A stretch of DNA of 32,000 nt from an uncultured Syntrophobacterales bacterium (GTDB taxonomy: Bacteria; Desulfobacterota; Binatia; UBA9968; JAJDTQ01): positions 31,446-63,445 of the forward strand of contig CAZFIU010000023.1 in assembly GCA_964519455.1 (NCBI GenBank), in the 5' to 3' direction. The notes below the pieces were generated by a model. The model had not been told where the DNA came from. It made no database searches and saw nothing but the letters and a program-made list of their open reading frames with translations. The position numbers and the translations under genes were made by a program. Below, piece by piece: positions 1 through 8,208 of this stretch (the first letter of the stretch is position 1; the number at the start of each line of letters is the position of its first letter).

Positions 1-497
1 TCGTCGTGCCCACGGCGAGCTGCAGCTACATGCTCAAGCAGGACTACCCGCGCATGCTGCCCACGGACGACACGAAGCTCGTGGCGGAGAACACCCTGGA
101 CCTGTCCGAGTACCTGATGCAGCTACACGAGGGCGGCAAGCTCGACGTCGACTTCACCCAGGCCGCGGGCAAGATCCGCTACCACCAGCCGTGTCATCTC
201 AAGGCCCAGAACATCGGCTTCAAGGCCCAGGAGCTGATGCATCTCATCCCGGACTCGGAGGTCTCCCGCATGCAGTGCTGCAGCGGGCACGACGGGACCT
301 GGAGCGTCAAGAAGGAGAACTTCGAGGCGTCGATGCAGGTGGGCCGGCCGCTGTTCAAGTTCATGCGGTCGGATGACGCCTGTACGGTGACGGACTGTCC
401 GCTGTCGGCGGTTCAGGTGGAGCAGGGGACCGGCAACAAGCCGGTGCACCCCATCATCGTGATGGCGCGGGCCTACGGGCTCGATGTCGAGTCGTAG
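1..497 (+). CDS. C-terminal part of a CCG-domain (cysteine-rich) Fe-S oxidoreductase subunit, GlpC/GlcF/LutA/HdrD-like; 5' end lies outside the window
   Basis: The ORF is open to the left edge (codon phase of nt 3) and stops at TAG 495..497. The translation carries the CCG-repeat signature (YHQPCHLKAQNIG ... MQCCSGHDGTW ... TDCPLSAVQ) typical of glycolate oxidase GlcF, GlpC and LutA-type subunits. Confidence 0.6.
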   Translation, partial: VVPTASCSYMLKQDYPRMLPTDDTKLVAENTLDLSEYLMQLHEGGKLDVDFTQAAGKIRYHQPCHLKAQNIGFKAQELMHLIPDSEVSRMQCCSGHDGTWSVKKENFEASMQVGRPLFKFMRSDDACTVTDCPLSAVQVEQGTGNKPVHPIIVMARAYGLDVES

Positions 498-498
498 G

Positions 499-520
499 CC
501 CGCGCCGGTCGCGGGATTTC
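499..520 (+). terminator. Possible intrinsic terminator hairpin between convergent genes
   Basis: A 6-bp GC stem (CCCGCG at 499..504 pairing with CGCGGG at 510..515) has a 5-nt loop and is followed by ATTTC. It sits 2 nt after the stop codon. The T-tract is short, so this is weak. Confidence 0.3.
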
Positions 521-533
521 GCCGTTCCCCGGA

Positions 534-1649
534 TTACCTCGGGTCGAGGATCCAGCCGCCTTCCTTCTCCATGCCGATGACGAGCTCGTCGTCGGCGTCC
601 GAGGGCATCGCCTCTTCCAGGTGCTTGGCGTAGGCCTCGTCGGAGAGCAGTTCGCCGTCGACGCTGTAGGGCTGGCCGGCGTAGTTGCCGATGTAGCGGC
701 GGAACTTGTCGCTGGGAATCGTCAGCTTGGGCTGGTCGTCGCCGATGTTGTGGTTCAACGCGTCCACCAGCGCCTGCACTTCCTTGAAGAAGGTCGTGCG
801 CGACAGCTCGTTCAGCCGGTCCATGTCGGCCGGCTCGTCGTAAAGCTGCTCGTCGTAGCGTCCCTTGAGGCCCCAGACATACGCCCAGTGGGCGGAGCTG
901 GACTCGTCCTGGCCGAACAGGTCGTAGGCGGTGGAGATCCACTTGTTGAAGTACTTCTGGATGATGGGCATGGGGATCTTGCCGGCCTTGACGATGCGCA
1001 TCAGGCCGATGTTGCCCTGGGCCAGGTGGTAGGCCTCTTCCTTCAGCATGGGCAGGGTGCTCCGGCCCAGCGGGGCGAAGGCGCTCCGGCTCAGCATGTT
1101 GAGCTGGTACTTGCCGTCGCGGTCGATGAAGCTCGTGTAGACGAAGAAGTCGAGCCAGTTGCGCACGGGCTGGTTGAAGGAGTCCAGCAGGCGCGAGCCC
1201 TCGGACGCGCGCCGCTCGAGCAGCCGCTGCGACTGGCGCTTGCCCGACTCGCCGAACTGGGTCACCAGCACGTAGGCCATCTGCCAGCCGTGGCGCATCT
1301 CCTCGCGGTTGATGCGGATCAGGTTCTTCAGGTCCACTTCGGTGGGGGCGCGCTCGATGAGGTTGGTCTGCTGCTCCACCGAGGCGAACTCGGTGTCGCC
1401 CTGGAACTCGATGAGGTGGGCCAAGGCGTCCTGGATGCGCTGGTCGGGGATGTCCGTCACCTTCTCCCACTTGGGCCGTCCGGAGTACTCGCCGAACTCG
1501 ATCTCGTTGCTCTCCACGTCGTCGAGCTTGGTCTCGAAGGTGTAGTCGCCGCCGATCAGCTCCATGGGGTAGCCGATGTCGTCGTGCCACTGGTGGAACG
1601 CGTCCACCCAATCGTCGAAGGTGTCGATCCTCTCCTTCTTTATCAACAT
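534..1649 (-). CDS. Ferritin-like diiron oxygenase of the PaaA / BoxB (benzoyl-CoA oxygenase component B) family, short form (371 aa)
   Basis: ATG at 1649 is preceded by AGGAGGAG (reverse complement of 1653..1660). There are two EExxH diiron motifs (INREEMRHGWQM and MLKEEAYHLAQG). The blocks QGDTEFASVEQQ, FIDRDGKYQL and SAFAPL are ones I recognise from BoxB-type acyl-CoA epoxidases. Confidence 0.6.
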   Translation of the reverse strand: MLIKKERIDTFDDWVDAFHQWHDDIGYPMELIGGDYTFETKLDDVESNEIEFGEYSGRPKWEKVTDIPDQRIQDALAHLIEFQGDTEFASVEQQTNLIERAPTEVDLKNLIRINREEMRHGWQMAYVLVTQFGESGKRQSQRLLERRASEGSRLLDSFNQPVRNWLDFFVYTSFIDRDGKYQLNMLSRSAFAPLGRSTLPMLKEEAYHLAQGNIGLMRIVKAGKIPMPIIQKYFNKWISTAYDLFGQDESSSAHWAYVWGLKGRYDEQLYDEPADMDRLNELSRTTFFKEVQALVDALNHNIGDDQPKLTIPSDKFRRYIGNYAGQPYSVDGELLSDEAYAKHLEEAMPSDADDELVIGMEKEGGWILDPR

Positions 1650-1815
1650 GGTCTCCTCCTTTATTCCGTAATGAACGTTAGTACGAAAAATTGTCCCAAA
1701 CCGACTCTACGCCGGTGGGACCGACGGAAGACTTCGCCTGGGAGGTTTGGTGAGTGTGACTATCTTATACGGTGTTCGGCGCCGTTTTGCAAGAGCCGAA
1801 CGATCATTCGCACGA

Positions 1816-2916
1816 CTATTCCCGCAGTTCCTTCCGGAGCCATCGGACGATTGTGGGCAGGGTCCGCGGTGTCTGTCCCATGTGGCATCCGGGAAAGACA
1901 CGCGCGGTCTTGGGGCCGCCGTGCTCCAGCAGCAGGTACAGGTCCTCGATGGGGGTCTGCAGGTCGTTCTTGCCGTTGACGATCAGCATGGGGCAGGAGT
2001 CCTTGTCCAGCAGGCCCTGGGTCTTCAGCGACAGCGACGGGAAGTACGCCGCCAGTTCGTCCAGGTCGCGCAGGCCGAAGGCGCTGGCGCGGCAGATCTC
2101 GTGGTCCATGAGGTAGCTTTCGGCGTTGGTGGACCGGCGCACCCACTCCGCCTGGAAGTTGTAGTGGACGCCGCCGCCCCACACCACCGAGGCGCGCAGC
2201 CGCTCCGGCTCCACGAAGCTCATCTTGGCGGACCAGTAGCCGCCGAAGCTGCGTCCCAGGATGCCGATGCGCCGTTCGTCCACGTCCTCCCGTTCGCACA
2301 GATGGTCGATGACCGCGCTGAAGAGGCTCTCGGCGGTGGTGGAACCCTTGATGGGGGACTCGCCCACGCCGGGCATGTCCATGGCGCAGGTTCCCAGCCC
2401 CGCGCGCAGCAACGCCTCGTCGTACTCGTGGCACTCCGGCTTGTAGGAGTCGATGCCGCCGAAGTTGATGACCATCGGACAGGGGCTCACCCCCTCGGGC
2501 TTGCGCAGGAACGCCCGGATAACCCGATTCTCGCGGTAGGGGATTTCCACGACCTCCAACGCCGGCGTGAAGTGGCGCGCCGCCCGCAGGTACAGCGCCA
2601 GGCTCTTGCGGGCGCATTCCTGCTTCCCTGGCGAGAGGGGCACGGGATAGCGGCCGATTGTGTAGTACACGTAGGCCATGAGGAAGGCCTCCCGCGCCTC
2701 CGCCCCGTGTCCCTCCGCCTCGTGCGCCTCGCCGGCTTCCTCGTAGGGCTCCGCCGCCCGCGACCACTCCGCCGCCCAGAGGTCCGGGTCCTTGGTCGTG
2801 AGCCGGTCGAGCACCGGTTCGACGTCCTCGATCCGGGCGCCGCGGAAAACCGTGCGCTTCCCGGTGCGCTCGCGCACCATGGCCTTGATCTCGTCGAGAG
2901 TCTTGATTCGGCCCAT
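1816..2916 (-). CDS. Alpha/beta-fold hydrolase, FrsA / 2,6-dihydroxy-pseudo-oxynicotine-hydrolase-like (367 aa from the internal ATG)
   Basis: It has the nucleophile elbow GRSFGG, an N-terminal helical cap region and the C-terminal block LIVNGKNDLQTP ... FPGCHMG (Asp/His region). I chose ATG 2916 (MGRIKTLDEIK) because the 24 upstream codons of the ORF look non-coding and run toward the parE stop. Confidence 0.6.
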   Translation of the reverse strand: MGRIKTLDEIKAMVRERTGKRTVFRGARIEDVEPVLDRLTTKDPDLWAAEWSRAAEPYEEAGEAHEAEGHGAEAREAFLMAYVYYTIGRYPVPLSPGKQECARKSLALYLRAARHFTPALEVVEIPYRENRVIRAFLRKPEGVSPCPMVINFGGIDSYKPECHEYDEALLRAGLGTCAMDMPGVGESPIKGSTTAESLFSAVIDHLCEREDVDERRIGILGRSFGGYWSAKMSFVEPERLRASVVWGGGVHYNFQAEWVRRSTNAESYLMDHEICRASAFGLRDLDELAAYFPSLSLKTQGLLDKDSCPMLIVNGKNDLQTPIEDLYLLLEHGGPKTARVFPGCHMGQTPRTLPTIVRWLRKELRE

Positions 2917-2991
2917 GTTTTCTTTGCCTCTGATGCGGTGCGTAATCTGATGCGGGTGCGGACCATACCGGTGCCGCGCCGGGCTCACGCC

Positions 2992-3291
2992 TCACAGGAT
3001 GTCTTCATATCTGCGCCGTCCGTGCACGACTCTGTACACGCGGACTTGAGATCGAAGGACCTTGTAGAGCACAAGATACTCGCCATGCCGCAGATAGCGA
3101 TAGCCGGAGGCCTTGAGAACCGCGGCCCTGGGAATTTGTCCGCGCTTCGGGAACTCTCCGAGGCTGGAGACCAGAGCGAGCAGGGCGTCGATGACATCCT
3201 CGGCCGCCGCGGGACTGTCCCGTGCGATGTATTCCTGAAGTTCGAGCAGATCCAACTGTGCATGACGAAGAACGCGGATCTGTCGCGTCAT
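2992..3291 (-). CDS. Type II toxin, ParE/RelE superfamily (99 aa)
   Basis: The size fits, there is a 4-nt ATGA overlap with the upstream antitoxin, and the pattern A..DL.E...YI ... FP..G ... GYRYL..GEYLVLYKV....V.V.RVVHGRR is typical of plasmid-stabilisation ParE-like toxins. Confidence 0.8.
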   Translation of the reverse strand: MTRQIRVLRHAQLDLLELQEYIARDSPAAAEDVIDALLALVSSLGEFPKRGQIPRAAVLKASGYRYLRHGEYLVLYKVLRSQVRVYRVVHGRRRYEDIL

Positions 3292-3551
3292 CTCCGCGCC
3301 TCGCGGAGAAGGACGGCCAACGCCTTCACACCGATACCCCGGTCTCCGTGGCGCAAATCCTCTTCAGCCGCGTTCAGCAACTCGTAGAGCTTGAGGCGCG
3401 CCTGATCCCGGTCATAGGCCGCCGCACTCATGACCACCAGCTCACTCTCGCCATTCTTCGTAATGAAGACCGGCTCTCCGGATTCATGGCACAGCTTCGA
3501 GATTTCGGGGGTCTTGTTGCGCAAATCCGAAATAGGCCGAATGACGGGCAT
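3288..3551 (-). CDS. Type II antitoxin, Phd/YefM family (87 aa)
   Basis: Starting at ATG 3551 the protein reads MPVIRPISDLRNKTPEISKLCHESGEPVFITKNGESELVVMSAAAYD, a classic Phd/YefM N-terminus. A GGAGG lies 7 nt upstream. The stop overlaps the toxin start. Confidence 0.8.
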   Translation of the reverse strand: MPVIRPISDLRNKTPEISKLCHESGEPVFITKNGESELVVMSAAAYDRDQARLKLYELLNAAEEDLRHGDRGIGVKALAVLLREARR

Positions 3552-3597
3552 GGCTGATCCTCCGGACGGAAAGGCCTTGTGAATCGGTTCTATCAGA

Positions 3598-3627
3598 ATT
3601 ATGATAATCCGCAACGTGGTAGGTCAA
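3598..3627 (-). promoter_or_regulatory. Candidate sigma70-type promoter with an overlapping palindromic operator for the Phd-ParE operon
   Basis: Read on the minus strand: TTGACC (3627..3622), an 18-nt spacer, then CATAAT (3603..3598). The -10 element sits inside the palindrome ATTATcATAAT (3598..3608). Confidence 0.35.
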
Positions 3628-3629
3628 TT

Positions 3630-3818
3630 TCAGAACAACCACCGACCCCCGTCTGTCAGCAACACATTTCCCCTCGCAAACGTGAAGTCCGCGGCCGCGG
3701 CGACGCCCCACCCTTTGGCGACCCTGGACAGAATCACCGCGTAGGTCAGGGAGTCGACGCCGATGCCGCCGGGCTCCCGGGGCACCATGAGCGCCAGCAG
3801 TCCGGAGTTCGTCTTCGC
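3630..3818 (-). pseudogene. Relic of an acyl-CoA dehydrogenase N-terminal domain (62 codons, bounded by stops, no plausible start context)
   Basis: The minus-strand frame reads AKTNSGLLALMVPREPGGIGVDSLTYAVILSRVAKGWGVAAAADFTFARGN. This matches the conserved ACAD block G(L/I)LGL.VPEEYGG.G.D...YA...EEL(A/S)R, but the rest of the roughly 380-aa enzyme is absent on both sides. Confidence 0.45.
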
Positions 3819-3866
3819 TCAAACACCGTCAAGCGCATTTGCCGGGCGCGGACGCGAGCGTCGCGT

Positions 3867-4610
3867 TCACGAAAGGAGGTCTCCATGACGCGAGGCCGGA
3901 ACGGCCTCGATCGTCTGGCCGGACAGCGTCCAACGCCGCTCCAGCAAGCGCACGCCACGCACGATCAACAGGGTCAGGAGGAGGTAGACAAGGCCCGCCA
4001 GCGCGAAGAACTCCACCGCGAGGTAGGTGCGTGCGATGAGGGTGCGCGCGACGCCGGTGAGGTCCAGCAGGGTGATGGTGCTGGCCAGGGCACTGCCCTT
4101 GAGCATCAGGATCGCCTCGTTGCCGTAGGCCGGCAGCGCCTGTCGCACCGCTCGGGGCAGCACGATCAGGCGGACTTCCTGCCAGCGCGAAAAACCCAGA
4201 GCCTGCGCTGCCTCTCGCTCTCCGCGGGGCACCGCCAGCATCCCGCCGCGGATGATTTCGGCCGTGTAGGCTGCGGTATTCAGGCTGAAGGCGATGATCG
4301 CGCACCAGTACGCCTCGCCCAGGACCGGCCACAGCAGGCTGTCCCGTACCGCCGCGAACTGCGCCAGGCCGTAGTAGACCAGGAAGATCTGGACCAGAAG
4401 GGGCGTGCCGCGGAAGAAGAAAACGTAGCCGTAGGCCGGCGCCCGGAGCCACCCATGCCGCGACGTGCGCATGAGCGCCAGCGGGAAGGCCAGGGCGGTG
4501 CCCGCCACCATGGCCAGCGCCGTGAGTTGAACCGTGAGCCATGCGCCCGCCAATAGCTGCGGGATGTCGTGGGCCGCCGTTCCGTAGAGGTCCGCGATCA
4601 TCCGGACCAC
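3867..4610 (-). CDS. Polar amino-acid ABC transporter permease (HisM/OccM-like)
   Basis: It is a multi-TM protein with the EAA loop region TAAYTAEIIRGGMLAVPRGEREAAQALGFSRWQEVRLIVLPRA. An alternative ATG at 4601 would make an ATGA overlap with the upstream permease stop. Confidence 0.85.
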   Translation of the reverse strand: MVRMIADLYGTAAHDIPQLLAGAWLTVQLTALAMVAGTALAFPLALMRTSRHGWLRAPAYGYVFFFRGTPLLVQIFLVYYGLAQFAAVRDSLLWPVLGEAYWCAIIAFSLNTAAYTAEIIRGGMLAVPRGEREAAQALGFSRWQEVRLIVLPRAVRQALPAYGNEAILMLKGSALASTITLLDLTGVARTLIARTYLAVEFFALAGLVYLLLTLLIVRGVRLLERRWTLSGQTIEAVPASRHGDLLS

Positions 4611-5302
4611 CCCATGCCGCGCGCCGCGCGCCGCTCCAGCACTTGTATGCCGGCCATGGAGACCGCGGTCATGGCGAGGTAGATGACCGCCGCGGCGAGA
4701 TAGAAGGTGAACGGTTGCTGTGTGTAGCTAACCGCGAGGGCGCTCTTGCGCATCAACTCGTCCAGCCCCACCACCGACACCAGGGAAGTGTCCTTGAGCA
4801 GCACCAGAAACAGGTTGCCCAGCCCCGGAAGCGCCGTCCGCCAGACCTGCGGCAGCAGCACGTGACGAAACGCGCCCATCCGTGTGAGACCCAAGGCGTA
4901 GGCAGCCTCGGACTGCCCCGGCGGGACGGCAAGAAAGGCGCCCCGCAGCACCTCGGTCGCGTAGGCGCCGAAGGTCAGGCTCAGGGCCGTCACCCCGGCG
5001 AGAAAGGGGTTCAACTCGAAGAACCCGGTGAAGCCGAACAGCGCGGCCACGCGCCCGATGGCTGCCGACGCGCCGAAGTAGACGATCAGGACCACCAGCA
5101 ACTCCGGCACGCCGCGCACGGCGGTAGTGTATGCCTGGGCGGCGGTAGGTAGCACTCGCAGGCGGGACATCCGCGCCGCGGCCCCGGCGATGCCTAGTAG
5201 CAGGCCGCCGGCGAGGGAGGCGACCGCCAGCCCGCAGGTCACGAGTGTCCCTGCCGCGAGTTGGGCGCCGAAGCCGAGCAGCAGCGCCGGGGTCTCGTTC
5301 AT
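4598..5302 (-). CDS. Polar amino-acid ABC transporter permease (HisQ/OccQ-like)
   Basis: It carries the EAA loop GAYATEVLRGAFLAVPPGQSEAAYALGLTRMGAFRHVLLPQ and lies in an operon with the binding protein and the second permease. Confidence 0.85.
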   Translation of the reverse strand: MNETPALLLGFGAQLAAGTLVTCGLAVASLAGGLLLGIAGAAARMSRLRVLPTAAQAYTTAVRGVPELLVVLIVYFGASAAIGRVAALFGFTGFFELNPFLAGVTALSLTFGAYATEVLRGAFLAVPPGQSEAAYALGLTRMGAFRHVLLPQVWRTALPGLGNLFLVLLKDTSLVSVVGLDELMRKSALAVSYTQQPFTFYLAAAVIYLAMTAVSMAGIQVLERRAARGMGWSG

Positions 5303-5378
5303 GCCGACCGCCGAAGCAAGCGGCCCGCGGCAAGACGGGATCTACCCGGCGAAGACTCTGCCGCGGAGTCGCAGGCCA

Positions 5379-6143
5379 CTAGTAGATGCTGAAGGGAAAG
5401 TACCGCGCGTTGATCTTGGCGTAGGTGCCGTCGGCGAGTATGGCCGCCAGCGCGGCGTTGAGCCGTTGCCGCAACGTGTTGTCTTCCTTGCGCACGGCGA
5501 TGCCGATGCCCTCGTCCAGTTCGTAGGCGTCGCCCACCATCTCGAAACCCGCGCCCGCCTTCGTCTTGAGCCATTCGTGAAGCACCAACCCATCGGCGAA
5601 GATGGCGTCGAGCCTTCGGGCGGCCAGGTCGAGGTAGGCATCGGTCTGTTTGTCGTAGAGCTTCACCTTCGCGCCGCCCGCGTTCTTCGCCAACCAGCTC
5701 GCGGCAATCGTGGCGCGTTGGGTGCCGACGGTCTTGTCGGCGAGCCTCCCAGGGTCGAAGCCGCCGCCCTTCGCAGCCACGAAGCGCACCTTGTTGCTGT
5801 AGTACTTCTCGGTGAAGCTCACCACCTTCTTGCGCTCGCCGGTGATGGACATGCTCGCCACGATGGCGTCGTACTTCCCCGCCAGAAGTGCGGGGATGAT
5901 GCCGTCCCAGTCCTGCGCCACCAGCTTGCACTCCACCTTCAGCCGCTCACATAGCGCCAGGGCGATGTCGATGTCGAAACCCTTGAGTTGACCCGACTGG
6001 TCGACGAAGTTGAACGGGGGGTAGTAGCCTTCGCTGCCGATGCGAAGCGGATTGGGCACACCGGAATCCGCATTGACCACGTAAGCGGAAAACATTAGCG
6101 GTGCGATCAGCACCGCCATCAAGCCGACGATGATTCGTTTCAT
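5379..6143 (-). CDS. Periplasmic polar amino-acid (Lys/Arg/Orn/His/opine-type) ABC substrate-binding protein
   Basis: From ATG 6143 (GGAGG 5 nt upstream) it reads MKRIIVGLMAVLIAPLMFSA, a signal peptide. This is followed by LRIGSEGYYPPFNFVDQSGQLKGFDIDIALALCERL ... DAIVASMSITGERKK, typical of the HisJ/ArgT/OccT family. Confidence 0.85.
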   Translation of the reverse strand: MKRIIVGLMAVLIAPLMFSAYVVNADSGVPNPLRIGSEGYYPPFNFVDQSGQLKGFDIDIALALCERLKVECKLVAQDWDGIIPALLAGKYDAIVASMSITGERKKVVSFTEKYYSNKVRFVAAKGGGFDPGRLADKTVGTQRATIAASWLAKNAGGAKVKLYDKQTDAYLDLAARRLDAIFADGLVLHEWLKTKAGAGFEMVGDAYELDEGIGIAVRKEDNTLRQRLNAALAAILADGTYAKINARYFPFSIY

Positions 6144-6466
6144 GAACCCCTCCGATCTTTCTGTCCTCACACGAACCAGTCTCTCGGGATCCCGTTTGCT
6201 CATCATCCACCAGTGGAACATTAACGGTCAATCCAATTATGTTCCCGCACAGTGGGAAGAGCCGGATCGATGAGCTCCGGTCGTTCGTGTTGACTAACCA
6301 ACGAGACGGGATAACATGGCGATCCCATACCGGCTTCAAGGCCAGAGAAGACCCGCGCGCGCCTCGGTCATCCGCGGAACCAACCGCTGGCCCGACATGT
6401 CGGAGGACGAGCGGCGCCGCGACTGGACGCGCAGTTGCGCCCCCGCCACGGCAGGAAACGCCGGCG

Positions 6467-7687
6467 TTAGTCCGCCTTTCTCTCGTCCTGCTCCGAGCCG
6501 CGCTCGGCCCATCTCATCGCTGCGAACGCCCCCGCTCCGAAGACCGCGAAAGCGGCAATCTGGGCATACATGGTGCCGTCGAAAGTCTGGCCCACGAGAG
6601 CTCCGAACGGCACCGCGATCAAGGTGGGGACCGACGCGACCACCGCCGCTCCCACGCCGGCGATGTGGCCCAGCGGCTCCATGGCGAGCGCATTGAGGTT
6701 GCCGAAGAAGAGTCCGAAGCAGCCGAAGACGACGAGCAGGTAGGCCATGAACAGCCACAGCGGAGGAAGCCCGTCGAAGGCGGAGGCTGGCGCCCACATG
6801 ACGACGGAGACCAGCGTGATGGACAACGCCGCCGCCCTCGTGATCCGGCGCATCCCATACTTCAACACGAGGCGGGTGTTCATGAGCGAGGCGCCTCCGA
6901 TGGCCAGCGCCAGTGCGCCGAAATAGACCGGAAAGAGGGCGCCGACCCGGTAGGCTTCCTGGAAGATCTGCTGGACGGAGCTCAGGTAGGCGATGAACGG
7001 CGCGAACGCGCAGGCGGTGGCGAGGATATAACCGCGCGCGGTCCGAATACGCAGGATCTCCAGGACAGCGCCGCCGACGGTCCGCGGCGAGAGGGGGCGC
7101 CGGCGGGCGGCGGGAAGGGTTTCCGGCTGCCGGAACGCAAGCCAGGCGAATCCGATGGCGGCGACGGCGAAGAACGTGCCGAATATCGCGCGCCAGCCCG
7201 CCAGCCACTGGATGCTCTGTCCGAGGGCCGGAGCGACGGTGGGGACGAGGATGAACACGGCGATGGCGAAGGACATGAGACGCGCCATTTGCCGTCCCTC
7301 GTACTGATCGCGCACAAGGGCGATGATCACGATGCGCGGCCCCGCCACTCCGATGCCCTGGACGATGCGGCTCGCGATCATCACCTCGAAGACGGGAGCG
7401 AAGACGCTCATGAGGCAACCCGCCATGTACAGGCCGAGGCCGGCATGGATGGCGGGTTTGCGTCCGACACGATCGGAGAGCGGGCCGAAAACGATCTGAC
7501 CGAGCGCGAGCCCCATGAGCATCGCCGTGATCACGAACTGGACGTCGTTCCGCCGCGGCGCCCCGAGGTCGTGGCCGATGGCGGGCAGCGCCGGCAGCAT
7601 CGCGTCGGTCGACAGCGCGGGAAGCGACATCAACAGGGCGACGAGGGCCAGGAATTCGCCGGGGCGAAGCGGGGTCGTGCGACTCAA
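6467..7687 (-). CDS. MFS drug-efflux transporter, Bcr/CflA subfamily
   Basis: TTG start at 7687 with GGGGAGG 4 nt upstream. It is a 12-TM type protein with LSTDAMLPALPAIGHDLG and GPLSDRVGRKP (MFS motif A), as in Bcr/CflA pumps. Confidence 0.8.
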   Translation of the reverse strand: MSRTTPLRPGEFLALVALLMSLPALSTDAMLPALPAIGHDLGAPRRNDVQFVITAMLMGLALGQIVFGPLSDRVGRKPAIHAGLGLYMAGCLMSVFAPVFEVMIASRIVQGIGVAGPRIVIIALVRDQYEGRQMARLMSFAIAVFILVPTVAPALGQSIQWLAGWRAIFGTFFAVAAIGFAWLAFRQPETLPAARRRPLSPRTVGGAVLEILRIRTARGYILATACAFAPFIAYLSSVQQIFQEAYRVGALFPVYFGALALAIGGASLMNTRLVLKYGMRRITRAAALSITLVSVVMWAPASAFDGLPPLWLFMAYLLVVFGCFGLFFGNLNALAMEPLGHIAGVGAAVVASVPTLIAVPFGALVGQTFDGTMYAQIAAFAVFGAGAFAAMRWAERGSEQDERKAD

Positions 7688-7712
7688 TCTGCCTCCCCGG
7701 GCGTCACGAACG

Positions 7713-8208
7713 CTACTCTTTCCCCAGGAACCACGTCGCCAGGTGGTTGAAGTCCTCGGGCTGGTCCAGCCAGATGAAGTGGCTGGCCTTGTCGAAGATG
7801 TGCATCTGGGCGTTGGGGATGCTCTTGTAGAGGTCGTTCCAGCGGGCCGAAAGCTCCATCAGGTGGTCCAGGTACTCCTCGGTCACCATGTCCTTGTTGT
7901 AAACGAAGGCCCCGACGTACTTGCGCTGCACTTTGTTGTCTCCTTCGGGAAGGGTCGGCGCCCCTGCGAAACGGTTTCCCTGACGTGGTTCCCAGTACAC
8001 TGGCCGGCGAGGTTGACCGGGCCGATTCCCAAGGTCTCGATGAAGTTCAGCACGTGGTCCGCCCGCACCCGGATGTGGCTCAGCTCGTCGAGGTTCCTTG
8101 GCGGGTCGGTGTAGCCGTGGCCCAGTTCGTCGATGGCGAAGACGTGGAACCGTCGACCGTCACGAAGCGGCTCTTGAACCGGTCCGGACTGTTGAACAGG
8201 GTTTCCAT
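7713..8208 (-). pseudogene. Decayed alpha/beta-hydrolase (meta-cleavage-product hydrolase-like) gene: frameshifted, with internal deletions
   Basis: Three minus-strand frames carry consecutive pieces. Piece 1 is METLFNSPDRFKSRFVTVDG, from ATG 8208 with GGAGG upstream. Piece 2 is RRFHVFAIDELGHGYTDPP...LGIGPVNLAGQ. Piece 3 is ...YLDHLMELS..IPNAQMHIFDKASHFIWLDQPEDFNHLATWFL. The HG oxyanion region, the GxSxG serine and the Asp block are missing, and the total is about 165 codons versus about 280 expected. Confidence 0.6.

Noticed and set aside
621-1979. 452-aa + strand ORF
   Set aside because: It is antisense to the well-supported BoxB-like gene and runs on through the intergenic spacer. The translation is low-complexity (V/G/L/A/D-rich) with no motifs, so this is a typical high-GC shadow ORF.
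1747-3387. 546-aa + strand ORF spanning the hydrolase and TA genes
   Set aside because: It is antisense to three independently supported minus-strand genes (hydrolase, ParE, Phd). It has no recognisable domains and crosses regions of different GC.
6239-7750. 503-aa + strand ORF, and the 360-aa minus-strand ORF 6336..7418
   Set aside because: Both overlap the Bcr/CflA MFS gene in other frames. Their translations are Arg/Gly/Asp-rich with no TM helices or motifs, whereas the MFS frame gives a coherent 12-TM protein.
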